DNA of 64,000 bases from Mobula birostris (taxonomy: Eukaryota). This document shows, piece after piece, positions 49,801-60,720 of the stretch. Every line of letters begins with the position of its first letter. Positions within the stretch are counted from its first letter, which is position 1. The position numbers and the translations under genes were made by a program. The DNA lies in NCBI RefSeq assembly GCF_030028105.1, contig NC_092373.1, forward strand, positions 135,724,278 through 135,788,277, written 5' to 3'. The notes under the pieces are model-generated. The model saw only the letters and a program-made list of their open reading frames with translations. It was not told the origin of the DNA and did no database searches.

Positions 49801-52800
49801 CTGTCTGCTGTTTTATAGCCAATGCTGAAAGCCATCTTCTAGTTAAATCAAAATGTAAGTGCCTGACTGTGACGTCCAAAACAGTTGTTACCGAATTGCC
49901 TACTGGTGAACGTGTGGAGCAGCTTATGAGAGATATAAGAATTATGTAAGTAAATGCATTTTAATTTGATGATCACACTGCCTTATGCTAATTTTTGCTA
50001 CTAATTAGAAAGTGGTTGCAGATAATTTCGTTACTGTGGGTCACTGAATTAGTTTATCAGACGGAATCAGATCACATCCCCACATCTAACAATCGTTTTA
50101 TTTCCAAAATGAACATGGAAGCTTGAAAACTATAAAAGCTAAGATTCATTTCTAAGTGCAAGAACTCCATTGTTAACTTCCAGTAGGAAGAGAAGCATTA
50201 GTTAAGGTCCATTTATTAAAGTTGGTGCCTTTTTCACATAACTGTTGCTGCATTAAGCTAAAAACTGTATGTAGTGGTATCTGTAGTGAAGATATCTCAC
50301 ATAATGAATAGTTAGTTGTCGTTGCTGGGCAAAGAGCAGTCTATGAGCAATTCACAGGCTGAGTAGTGACTATAAGAAATACTGGGCTCATGGAAATGAA
50401 TAGACACCATCAACCCACATGTGGAAGTCTTATCTATCCCCAAAGGCACTAACGTAATGTGATTCCTATTTATTTCTTGACAACTATTTTATCTAAATTT
50501 CTCGAAATTGTTTCTAGATATTGAGATAATTAATTCATGTGCTGACATAAAAGCCTGCTGTGTATCCTTTTCTGGAGCAACCTTATGTCATCCAAAACTG
50601 ATTAATGTTCAACTTGATGTAATCATGCATCAGTTAAGTTTGCAAATTAACTGATGCAATAGATATGCTATTGTTATTGTTATTGCTACGTAGCTGATTA
50701 TTTTAGTTATTGACTGTTTCCTTTAATTAACAACATTACCCTAACCACATCAGCAATGATCTGTGCAGAATGATGGCAGGGCATTTAATTGCCTATCTCC
50801 AGCACTCCTAAAATGACTGCCAATTGTTCTTTTATTACAGCGTTCCTATGAGGAGCAGAGTGAACATGTCAGATCCAACCTCCCCTATTCGGACGAAGTT
50901 CGTCTACAAGATTTCTGATTTGTATGAAATTTATTTTTGTCTCTTTTTTTGCAATATATATTTAGAACGGGTTTCAGAATACACCCTACACCTGGCATCT
51001 GGTGTTTGTACTTCAATATATAGCACGCATGGTGTAACTAGGCCTGCTCAAGGCATGGCAGGTTACTCAGAAATGAATGGATAGCGAGGGCAGCACAGTG
51101 GAGTAATTAGTAGAGATGCTGCTGTGTTCTGCGTTTATTCCTCACCTCCAGTGCTGTTTTGTGGAGTTTGTACTTTCTCCTTGTAGCCAAGTGGAATCCA
51201 GGTTGGGAGACCATAAGACGTTGGAGTGGAATAAGACCAGCTGGCCCATCGAGTCTGCTCCATCATTCAATCATGGTGATCCTTTTTTTCATCTCCTCAT
51301 CAACCCCTGTTCCCAGCCTTCACCCTGTAACCTTTGATGCCATGTCCAATCAATAACCTATCAATCCCTGTCTTAAATACACCCAACGACCTGGCCCCCA
51401 CAGCTGTATATGGCAACAAATTCCACAAATTCAGCAGCCTTTGGCTAAAGAAATTTCTCCACATCTCTGTTTTGAAAGGGCACCCCTCTATCCTGATGTT
51501 GTGCCCTTTTGTCCTCGACTCCCCCACTATGGAAAACATCCCTTCCACATCGACTCTGTCTAGGCCTTTCAACATTCGAAAGGTTTCAATGAGATCCCCC
51601 GTCATCCTTCTGAATTCCAGTGAGTACAGAGCCATCAAAAGTTCCTCATATGATAACGCTTTCATTTCTGGAATCTTCCTTGTGAACCTCCTCTGGACCC
51701 TCTTCAATGCCAGCACATCTTTTCTAAGATGAGGGGCCCACAACTGTTCACAATACTCAAGGTGAGGCTCACCAGTGCCTTATAACGCCTCAGCATCACA
51801 TCCTTGCTCTTGTATTATAGACCTCTTGAAATGAATGCTAACATGGCATTTCCCTTCCTCACCACCAACTCGACCTGCAAGTTAATCCTTAGGGTGTTCT
51901 GCACAAGGACTCCCAATTCCTGGATTTTCTCCATGTTTAGAAAATAGTCTGCACATTTATTTCTACTATCAAAGTACATAACCATGCATTTTTCAACATT
52001 GTATTTCATTTGCCACTTTCTTACCCATTCTCCTAATCTATCTAAGTCCTTCTGCATCCTACCTGTTTCCTCAACACTACCTGCCCATCCACTAATCTTC
52101 ATATCATCTGCAAACTTGGCAACAAAGCCATCTATTCCATCATCCAAATCATTTATATACAGCATAAAAAGAAGTGGTCCCAACACTGACCACCAACACC
52201 ACTAGTCACTGGCAGCCAACTAGAAAAGGATCCTTTTATTCCCACTCGCTGCCTCCTACCAATCAGCCAATGCTCTAACCATATTAGTAACTTGCCTGTA
52301 ATATCATGGGCTCTTAACTTGGTGAGCAACCTCATGTGTGGCACCTTGTCAAAGGCCTTCTGAAAGTCCAAATATACAACATCCACTGCATCCCCTTTAT
52401 CTTTCCTACTTGTAATCTCCTCAAAGAATTCCAACAGATTTGTCAGGCAGGATTTTCCCTGAAGGAAACCATGCTGACTTTGTACTTACTACCTTTGCGG
52501 TCCTATATCCACTCTTATTTCTCTTTTATTTTTAACATACTTGAAAAAACTTCTAATATCCACTTTGATATTATTTGCTAGCTTGCTTTCATATTTCATC
52601 TTTTTCCTTCTAATGATTTTTTTAGTTGCTCTCTGCAGGTTTTTAAAAACTTCCCAATCCTCTACCTTCCTACTAATTTTTACCATGGTTGTGCTATTTT
52701 ATCATTCAAGTATTTCTTCATTTTTGGAATACACATGTCCTGCACCTTCCTCATTTTTCCCAGAAACGCACACCATTGCTGCTTTGCTGACAACCCTGCC

Positions 52801-55800
52801 AGCAGCTCCTTCCAATTTACTTTGACCAACTCCTCTGTCATACCACTGTAATTTTCCTTAATCCACTGAAATACTGCCATGTCAGACTTTACTTTCTCCT
52901 TATCAAAGTAATCACTGGTTCCTAAGGGTTCTTTTACCTTAAGCTCCCTCATCACCTCCAGTTCATTACATAACACCCAATCTAGTATAGCTGATCCCCT
53001 AGAAGGCTCAACGACAAACTGCTCTAAAAAGCTATCTCATAGGCATTGAACAAACTCATTCTCTTGAGATCCATTACCAACCTGATTTTCCCAATTGACT
53101 TGCATGTTAAAATCTCCCATGACTACCATAACGTTACCCTTTTGACTCGGCTTTTCTATTTCCTGTTGTAACCTGTGGTCCACCTTCCAGCCACTGTTGG
53201 GTGGCCATCAACGTCCTTTTACCCTTGTTGTTTCTTAACTCAACCCACAAGGATTCAACATCTTCTGATCCTATGTCACATCTTTCTACTGATTTGATGC
53301 CATTCTTTACCAGTAGAGCCACACCACCACCCCCCCCCCCCCGACTATCTTCCAATCTCTCCAGTGTAACGTGTAACCTTGGACATTCAGCTCCCAACTA
53401 CAACCATCCTTCAGCCACGATTCAGTGATGGCCACAACAACATACCTGGCAATCTGTAATAGTGTAACAAGGACAATAGAACACTGTAAATTGGCCTTAA
53501 TATACAGATGAGTGGTAAAAGTTAATAGTAAATGTGGAGAGAATAAAATGGTTTGAGCAAACACATACAAAATGCTGAAGGAACTCAGCGTGTCAGGCAG
53601 CATCAACGGAGGAGAATAAACAGTTGACATTTTGGGCCCGATGAAGGGCTTCATTCTGATTTGTCGACTGTTCAGTTCCCTCCAGAGACGCTGCCTGATT
53701 GCCTGAGCTCCTCCAGAATTTGGTGTGTGTTGCACAACATTTCCAGCATCTACAGAATCTTTTGTGTCTACAAAACTGCTTTGATTAGGATTAGTGTTCA
53801 AAATAGGTTGCTTGTTGGTTGCTGTAGACTTTGTGGGTCAGAGGGCTTGTTTCTGAGCCCGTTCTCTCTTTGACTCTGTAACTGTATGATTGCTTTAGTC
53901 ACACACTTTGGTGGAAAGGAAACCTAGTGTATGTTTTCAGAGCTACAATAGCGTTTCACAGTGCCAGAGGAACTCCCTTCTCCGATAAGTAAATGGGTAA
54001 ACCAGTCAAAACACCCAAATGGGATATTAGGAGAATGCTTTCATTCTGAGGATCATTAAGATTTGTGATCTGTAGTAAGAAAGAGGAGGAATAAATTCTC
54101 AGGCTTCCAGCCAGGTACAGGTGTTGATTATTTCTAGACGTTTTGATGACAAACTCTGCTGTCTTCTGGAATGATGCCTGGATAAGTCTAGTCCAGTGAT
54201 ATTTATACCCCTGTAGTCCATCCCTCTTAATTGGTTAGTCCTCATCCAAACAGGTTTCTGCTCTCCCACCTTCTTTACATTCAAATTTCAAGATCAATGA
54301 GCTCAGGAGATGTATCCGTTTGGGTTACCCTGAGGAAGTGGCGGTAGCAGAACATTGTATTCGCAATGGCCATAGAATTAACTTCGATGGCACAAAACTA
54401 CCGTGCCGCACCAATGACTTTTGGGACCGCCCAGTAAAGGAAGCTATTGAAAGAAAACTAGATGAAAATAACTTTAACAAGGATGAAGCACTCTAAGCAA
54501 CAGCTGGAATTTGATTCCAATCAGGAGGGATGGACTACAGGGGTATAAGTACCATAGGACTAGACATACCCAGGCATCATCCCTGAAGAAGATGGAAAAG
54601 TTTGTAATTGCAACATTGGTTATAAACAATACCTGTACCCAGCTGGAAGCCCAACAAGATGTTATTCATCATATGTGGCAGGAAAGCACTAAAACCTTTT
54701 TCATGAAAAAGGAGCTTTCAATAGACAATAAAATGTGTATTTAAAGAGGGCTAATTTGGGGGTAAAACTGGATGTAGAATTAACAGGATACCTATGTTGA
54801 AGCACTACAAACAACACTGTCTGAATGGTCTCTAACGTTCCAAAGCTTTGTTTAATGACATAATGACAAGAGAGGAAGAAGACAAGAATTAATTGCCAAT
54901 GTGTGGTTGACACTTAAACAAGAATTGTCCTCTAAACTGTTCATGTTCCCAAGACCCTGACATAACTTTGATGGAAGTTTAATGTAAGTTCCCTTTAAAC
55001 AGATAAATGGAGCTACAGTCTCCCAGCTCCTGTGACTCAGTGCAATGCTGACCTCTGCTGTAAAGTTTGCACATTCGCTTGTGACATTTTTTTTATTCCC
55101 GCGAATGCTCTGTTTTCCTCCTACTTCGCAAATGCATGAGGGTCAGTAGATTGTCAAACTCCTGCAAAGTGTGTAGTAGAATCCTGGGGGGGGGGGTGGA
55201 TGCTGGGAATCCAGGGAGAACCAGCTATAAGGAAAACTAGTGGGGAATGTGGACCAGCATAAGAACTCAAGTAGCTGAAACCGGGAGGCAGCAACTGTAC
55301 CTGCTAAACTATCCTCAACTACAACTCTTCACATTTACATCTTAGCACAGGAGAACAAGAGATAACTTCAAAAAAAAATTATAACATTTCAGTTCAGAAT
55401 TTGACATATTGCCACAAAAGACTATTGAAGGAGAAAAGAAATTATAAGTAGTCTTGAGGCCTGTTTGCACTATGATTGGAAGAGTATCAAGATTAATTTT
55501 TTAACTTTTACAACAGGGCTGGTTGTATTATTGATTAGAGATAAGTGGAACATGCTAAATCAATAGGAAAAGTAATTAACAAATCAGTGGAATTGTTTTG
55601 ACATGTTCCTGTCAGAACGAAGGGCAAAAGTGACACAAATAGAGACCCCTGGTTGACGAAGGATATCGATGCTCCAGTCAGGAAAAAGGACAATTAAGAG
55701 GCCCACATGCCAGCTGTTTATTTCCCTCCATAGATGCTGCCTGACATGCTGAGTTCCTTCAGCATTTTGTGTGTGTTGCAGCTGGGGTCAAGCAAATCCC

Positions 55801-57921
55801 TAAAGGAGTACAGAGATGTAGGACTGTAATGTAATTTTCCTTTAAACCTATAAGGATGCAGGCGTACACTGAATAGGGATATAGGAAGGGCAAAGAGAGC
55901 CTTGGCAGATAAGATAAAGGAAATTCATAACAGATTCTTTAACTATAACAAAGCAGTAACCAAAAAGAGAGTAAGATCCCCTTAAATATCAGTGTTCATC
56001 TATGGTGGAGCCATGAGATATGGACAATGTCTTAAGTCAATAGTTCCTGTCTGTATTTACCATGGAGAAGGTCGAGCAAGCTAGGGATTTCAGGGAAGAG
56101 AGCCAGAATGTCCTGAAACATATTGCTACCATGAAGGAGAAGGTGTTAGTAGATTTAAAGGTGAATAAATCCCTGGGGCCCGACCAAGTGGACATTTTAG
56201 GAATACAGGAATTTGCTAAGGCCCTGGCAGAGGTAGATATATCAGCATTGGGCTACAGCTGATTTTTTTACCCAAAAAAAAGGCTGTAAGGACAACCCAA
56301 TGAACTACAGGTGAAAAGCCAAACATCAGCAGTGGTAAAGTTACTGGAAGGAATTCCAACAGACAGGACTAGCTGCGTGGGTAAAAGAGAGGACTGATTT
56401 GAAATAGGTAATATGGTTTGTGCATGGAACAGTGTGTCTCAATTTGATTAAGTTTATTGAAAAGGAAACCAAGGGAATTGACAAAAGCAGGGCAGTAGAA
56501 GTTGTCTACGTGGACTTTCGCAAGGCTTTCACAGAGGCCCTGTGTGGTAGACTGGTCTGGCAGGTTAGATCACATGGAATCCAGGGTGAGCTAGCCAACT
56601 GGATACAGAATTTGCTTGTTGGTAGTAATCCAAAGATGAAAGTGGAGATTGTTTTTTTTAGTTTGGAGACAAGTGACCAGTGGCGTGCCGCAAAGATTGG
56701 CGCTGGGTTCCTTATTGCTGGCGGTTATATTATCAATTTGGATGACAGTGTAGTTGGAATAGTAAGCAAGTCTGCGGATGACACCAGAATTGGTGGCATG
56801 GTGAACAGTGAAGAAAGTTACCTAACATCACAACAAAATCAAGATAAACTGGGAAAATAGGCCAAGGACTGGCAGATGAAAGTGATGCATTTTGGGAAGT
56901 TTAACCAGAGCAGAACATACAGGCCAGAGGACTGGGTAGCGTAAGAGAATAAAGAGGCCGAGGGGGACAAATACATACCTCCCTGAAAGCGGTGACACAG
57001 ATAAATGAGGTTGTGAAGGAGGCATTTGGCATACTTACCTTCATCAGTCAGGACTTGGGATGTCACGTTAGAGCTGTAGAAAACTTTGAAACTGTACAGT
57101 GTGCAAATCTGGTACGTAGCTATAGACAAAATGTCATTACATTGAAGATTCACGGGGATATAACTGGGATTGGATCATGAGAAGAGAGTGGATAGGCTGG
57201 GGTTGTTTTCTCTGGCGTGTAGGAGGCCGAGGGTGACCTTTACAAGATCACGAGGGGCAAAGATAAAATGAATGCTCCGAGCCCTTTTCCCAGGGTGAGG
57301 GGAGTCTAAAAGTAGAGGGGAAAGATTTAGTGTGAAATGACAAAGATTTAAAGGAGGCCTAAGGATCACATTTTCCACACGGATGGCTGTGGGAATATTG
57401 AACAAGTTGCCAGAGGAAATGACAAAGGTGGGCACAATAACATTTGAAAGAAAGACAGGTACGTGAATAGGAAAGGGTTAGAGGGATATGGGCAACTGGG
57501 GCTAGCTCAGGTAGGCAACGTGTTTGGCCTGGACAAATTGGGGAGAAAAGAGCCTGCTTCAGTGCAGTAGAACTTTATAACTCTCTGAGAACACACTGTG
57601 ATTTTCAGAAGACAGCATTTCAAGTGCAATGGAAATTACATCTCTAATCAAATATTTTGTTACAGCTGCAAGAACTGCAACCAAGAACGAACCTTGCCTG
57701 GAGAACCCGAGTGCAAGCCCCCACCTCCTCCTGCAGATACCTGTTACAGCCGTCCCAGCACATGCCTGCACCAAACAATCGACATGGGAAATGGCATAAA
57801 AATGGACGCTATTCAGAATCCTGAGTGTCTCAACTATAAACCAAAACACTGGATCCCAAAGCCTACACTGACTCCTATTGAAACTACACGAGATTTTGCT
57901 TCCATGTCAGATGCTCCTTAG
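46788..57921 (+). CDS. JCHAIN: Immunoglobulin J (joining) chain, 175 aa, 4 exons: MKIKQMLRPFAAILLFTVLVTANAESHLLVKSKCKCLTVTSKTVVTELPTGERVEQLMRDIRIIVPMRSRVNMSDPTSPIRTKFVYKISDFCKNCNQERTLPGEPECKPPPPPADTCYSRPSTCLHQTIDMGNGIKMDAIQNPECLNYKPKHWIPKPTLTPIETTRDFASMSDAP
   Basis: join(46788..46851,49819..49945,50841..50921,57666..57921); GT-AG introns, phases 1/2/2, frame intact. The block RDIRIIVPMRSRVNMSDPTSPIRTKFVY matches human RNIRIIVPLNNRENISDPTSPLRTRFVY, including the N-glycosylation sequon. KCKC and all 8 Cys present; exon sizes 64/127/81 versus human 64/124/81. Confidence 0.96.
47590..49220 (+). mobile_element. Old, heavily decayed CR1 in JCHAIN intron 1
   Basis: Recognisable CR1 ORF2 remnants and a 3' tail (AAAAGGCCTACTTTTGCTTCAATTTCTTATG). 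Confidence 0.65.
49819..49945 (+). CDS. JCHAIN: JCHAIN exon 2 (127 nt, KCKC)
   Basis: TTTTATAG| acceptor; NAESHLLVKSKCKC...MRDIRI; AT|GTAAGT donor. Confidence 0.95.
50841..50921 (+). CDS. JCHAIN: JCHAIN exon 3 (81 nt, NMS glycosylation site)
   Basis: TTTTATTACAG| acceptor; VPMRSRVNMSDPTSPIRTKFVYKISD; TT|GTATG donor. Confidence 0.97.
51208..53475 (-). mobile_element. CR1 LINE in JCHAIN intron 3
   Basis: ORFs 51300..51743, 51815..52186 (VAKFADDMKI), 52153..52434 and 53134..53397 (EN). Confidence 0.9.
53557..53733. repeat. Fold-back palindrome of two head-to-head Penelope-type terminal repeats
   Basis: Left arm GCAAACACATACAAAATGCTGAAGGAACTCAGC...TCAGGCAGCATC is the reverse complement of the right arm GACGCTGCCTGA...CTCCTCCAGAATTTGGTGTGTGTTGC. 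Confidence 0.8.
54099..54654 (+). mobile_element. Penelope-like element remnant: GIY-YIG C-terminal fragment between inverted pseudo-LTRs
   Basis: CIRLGYPEEVAVAEHCIRNGHRINFDGTK...KEAIE...NFNKDE at ~54310-54490; 54099-54225 is the reverse complement of 54526-54654. Confidence 0.78.
55790..57585 (+). mobile_element. Old CR1 in JCHAIN intron 3, ending ~80 bp before exon 4
   Basis: ORF 56420..56860 (VYVDFRKAF...VSKSADDTRIGG) and a CR1 tail. Confidence 0.8.
57666..57921 (+). CDS. JCHAIN: JCHAIN exon 4 (six Cys plus C-terminal extension)
   Basis: TTTTGTTACAG| acceptor; CKNC...C...TCY...C...C pattern; TAG stop at 57919-57921; AATAAA at 58412 and 58612. Confidence 0.92.
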
Positions 57922-59175
57922 GTTGTTCTTCAAAGAACTGCATTTAATTCTTCAGAGAATGTCATTAGTACATTTTCCACTTTGACATTGTCACTGTTGC
58001 TTTTTGTCATCCCTAAACAGATCATAAAATGCTTCATAGCTTCAAAGCATGTTTTGTGCAAATCCTTTTCTTTACATTACAGCATCGTGTGCAATATGCC
58101 AATTTGCTTCTCTCTTTTGGGGACAAACAAAATTAAGCCAATGGATAAATCTGGCAGACTACCACTTAATAAGTTTTGTACAAAAAGGAATTGCAGAAGT
58201 ATATGAATATCTAACACTGAATTCTGTGGTCAGCATGTAACAATAACAATAACTATTCTAGGAAATCAAAGGCAGATGATGTCTTTAGCAGTCTGACCAC
58301 ATTCAATAATTCTTGTCGGCAACAAAAAAGTGGTGCACTTTTTGAGAAATATTTCAAACTAAACACAGAGCAAAGCTACATTATTACATAAGCATAGTAT
58401 AGGTGAAGTTTAATAAACATTTTAAAAATATTGCTTTCATTATTCCGAATTGCTAATATTTTCAAATACTTCACTGACAAAATCAAAATCCACAAACATA
58501 AAATTAATTCTTCAGGATTAAAGAATTACTTTAGTAATAATGAAGTTTAATATCTCATTAAAGATTGGTTATAAACTTTATTAAAAACATTTTTGCTGTG
58601 TTTTGCGTGAGAATAAAACATAAATCTTTGGTTATGAATCAATTGGTATGATCTACATTCAGATGGAGAAGAATTGAACAGTGAAGGAAGTGAAAGAGGA
58701 TGTAATAATGTACAGCAACTCTCCTTTGCTCATGTCGCATTATACAAATGCAGGAGTGCTGAAAATACCCCCAAACTCATTTCATATAAAGCAAAATCTG
58801 TCACCCTCATTGTAATAATAATGCCCTGGTTGTGAGTGGAACAGTGGAAAGAGCCTAGCCAGGAATGGTAAATGGCGAAGAAAGAGACAGGCTGAGGGAA
58901 GAGGGAGGAAGAGAAATATATATATATTGGGCATGGAGAGGTTTGTGGAGGGGAATAAGGGTGTTGGTGGATGGGAACTCATTGGATCATTATTGCAAAA
59001 TGAAGCTGAGGGCTTGAAGACCTTCCAAGTGGGGAATATAGCTGGTTAAAGACTGGGCAGCCATAGTGAGGTGGGAGTGGGAGCTCGGGAATTACGTTGT
59101 CAAAATAGAGGAGGGCATGCAAGATGTGCTGGATGTAGGTAGGAAAGAACTGGACAAGAGCTTCCAAGACTTAAT

Positions 59176-59345
59176 CTGATGCCACTGCTCTGCCACTAGG
59201 AGATGTGCCGGGGCTAAGGGAGTGAAACATCAATGAGTGGTGATCCCTGGCTGATGACCTTGCAGTTGACCTAAGGGCACTGTTGGGGGTGCAGTAGGCA
59301 GCAATGCCAAGCAGGAAACATCTTCCTGTAAACATCAATGAAACT
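59176..59345 (+). mobile_element. Short 3'-UTR fragment of the HERO-type element
   Basis: Aligns with 62950-63100 (GGAGATGTGCC.GGGCTAAG...GGCAGCAATGCCAAGCAGGAAACATCTT). Confidence 0.8.
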
Positions 59346-59619
59346 TCTGGGTATCCAGTGACTACTGTGAAAGGGCAGTTGGAGACCAGGGAAGAGCGGA
59401 AGGCATCCAGGAAAGACTGGATGACTGCAGGAAGGTCTGCACTGGGGGTGGGTGGCTACTCACCCAGCCCACTAGTTTCTTGTAGCGGAGACACCTGTCA
59501 ATGACTACAAAGACAAACAAGAGAAGACAACCTGAAGGACATCCGAGAGGGATGAAAAATGGCCCAAAAGGATGGATTACATGGGAGTGACCAGAACTAA
59601 TACAGAAGACGAGATAAAG

Positions 59620-60720
59620 ATCCTTCAGAAATCTCTCTTTGACATTTTAGATGTGTCCTCCACCCCGAAGACCGGCACAACATAGTCATTCAAAGCCTCT
59701 GCCTTTTCCTCGTTACCCAATATCAATTCCCCTTTCTTGTCCACCAAGGGACCTACATTCACTTTAGCCACCCTTTTCTGCTTTATATAATTATAAAAAC
59801 TTTTACTATCAGTTTTTATATTTTGTGCTAGTCTATTTTCACAATCTATCTTCCCCATCTTTATTACTCACTTTGTGGTTCTTTGCTGCTTTTTGAAGTC
59901 TTCCCAATCTTCCAGTTTCCCACTAGTCTTGGTGACTTTGTATGCACGAGCTTTTAGTTTAATGCCTTCTTTTATTTCCTTAGCTCTCCCCACCTTTACT
60001 GTCTTTGCTTTTAACTGGAATATACTTTTGTTGAGCACCGGGAAAAATCTCTTTGAAAGTCTTCCACTGTTCCTCAGCCGTCCCACCATGTAGCCTGTGT
60101 TCCCAGTCTACACTAGCCAAATCCTCCCTCATCCATTGTAGTCTCCATTGCTTAGACATAATACACTGGTTTTAGATCAAACTATTGCACCCTCAATTTG
60201 CATGAGAAACTCAGCCATACTGTGATCACTCTTTTCAAGAGGATCCCTAACTACAAGATCATTAATTTTACCTGTCTCGTTGCACAGGACCAGATCTTAA
60301 ATAGCACATTCCCTTGTAGGTTCAGTAACATGCTGTTCAAGAAAGCCATCATGGATGCATTCTATGAAGTCCTCCTCAAGACTGCCTCGACCAACTTGAC
60401 TATCCCAATCTATGTGCACGTTACAGTCCCCCATGATAAATGCTGTTGCATTCTTAAATGTGTCAGATATTTCTGTTTACTGCTTGTGCCACTGTAATGC
60501 TATTATTCAGTGACAGATAGACAACACTCACCAATGATTTTTTTCCCTTTACTATTACTAATCACTACCCAGATTATTCAACATTCTGCTCCTTAGATCT
60601 TATATCGTCTCTATCGCCCTGATCTCATCCTCAATTAAGAGTGCTACCCCACCTCCCTTACCTTCCTGCCTATCCTTCCATATTACCTTATATCCTTGGA
60701 TATTTAACTCCCAGTTCTCT
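59620..60720 (-). mobile_element. CR1 fragment (EN/tether region)
   Basis: ENRLAQNIKTDSKSFYNYIK and WELNIQGYKVIWKDRQEGKGGGVALLI. Confidence 0.85.

Noticed and set aside
53307-53801. 164-aa minus-strand ORF
   Set aside because: It is a chimeric read-through of the Penelope palindrome, spacer DNA and a CR1 endonuclease fragment.
57598-57665. N-terminal part of the 107-aa ORF 57598..57921; likewise the ORF starts at 49755 and 50824
   Set aside because: These are intronic sequence upstream of clear AG acceptors; the true coding portions are JCHAIN exons.
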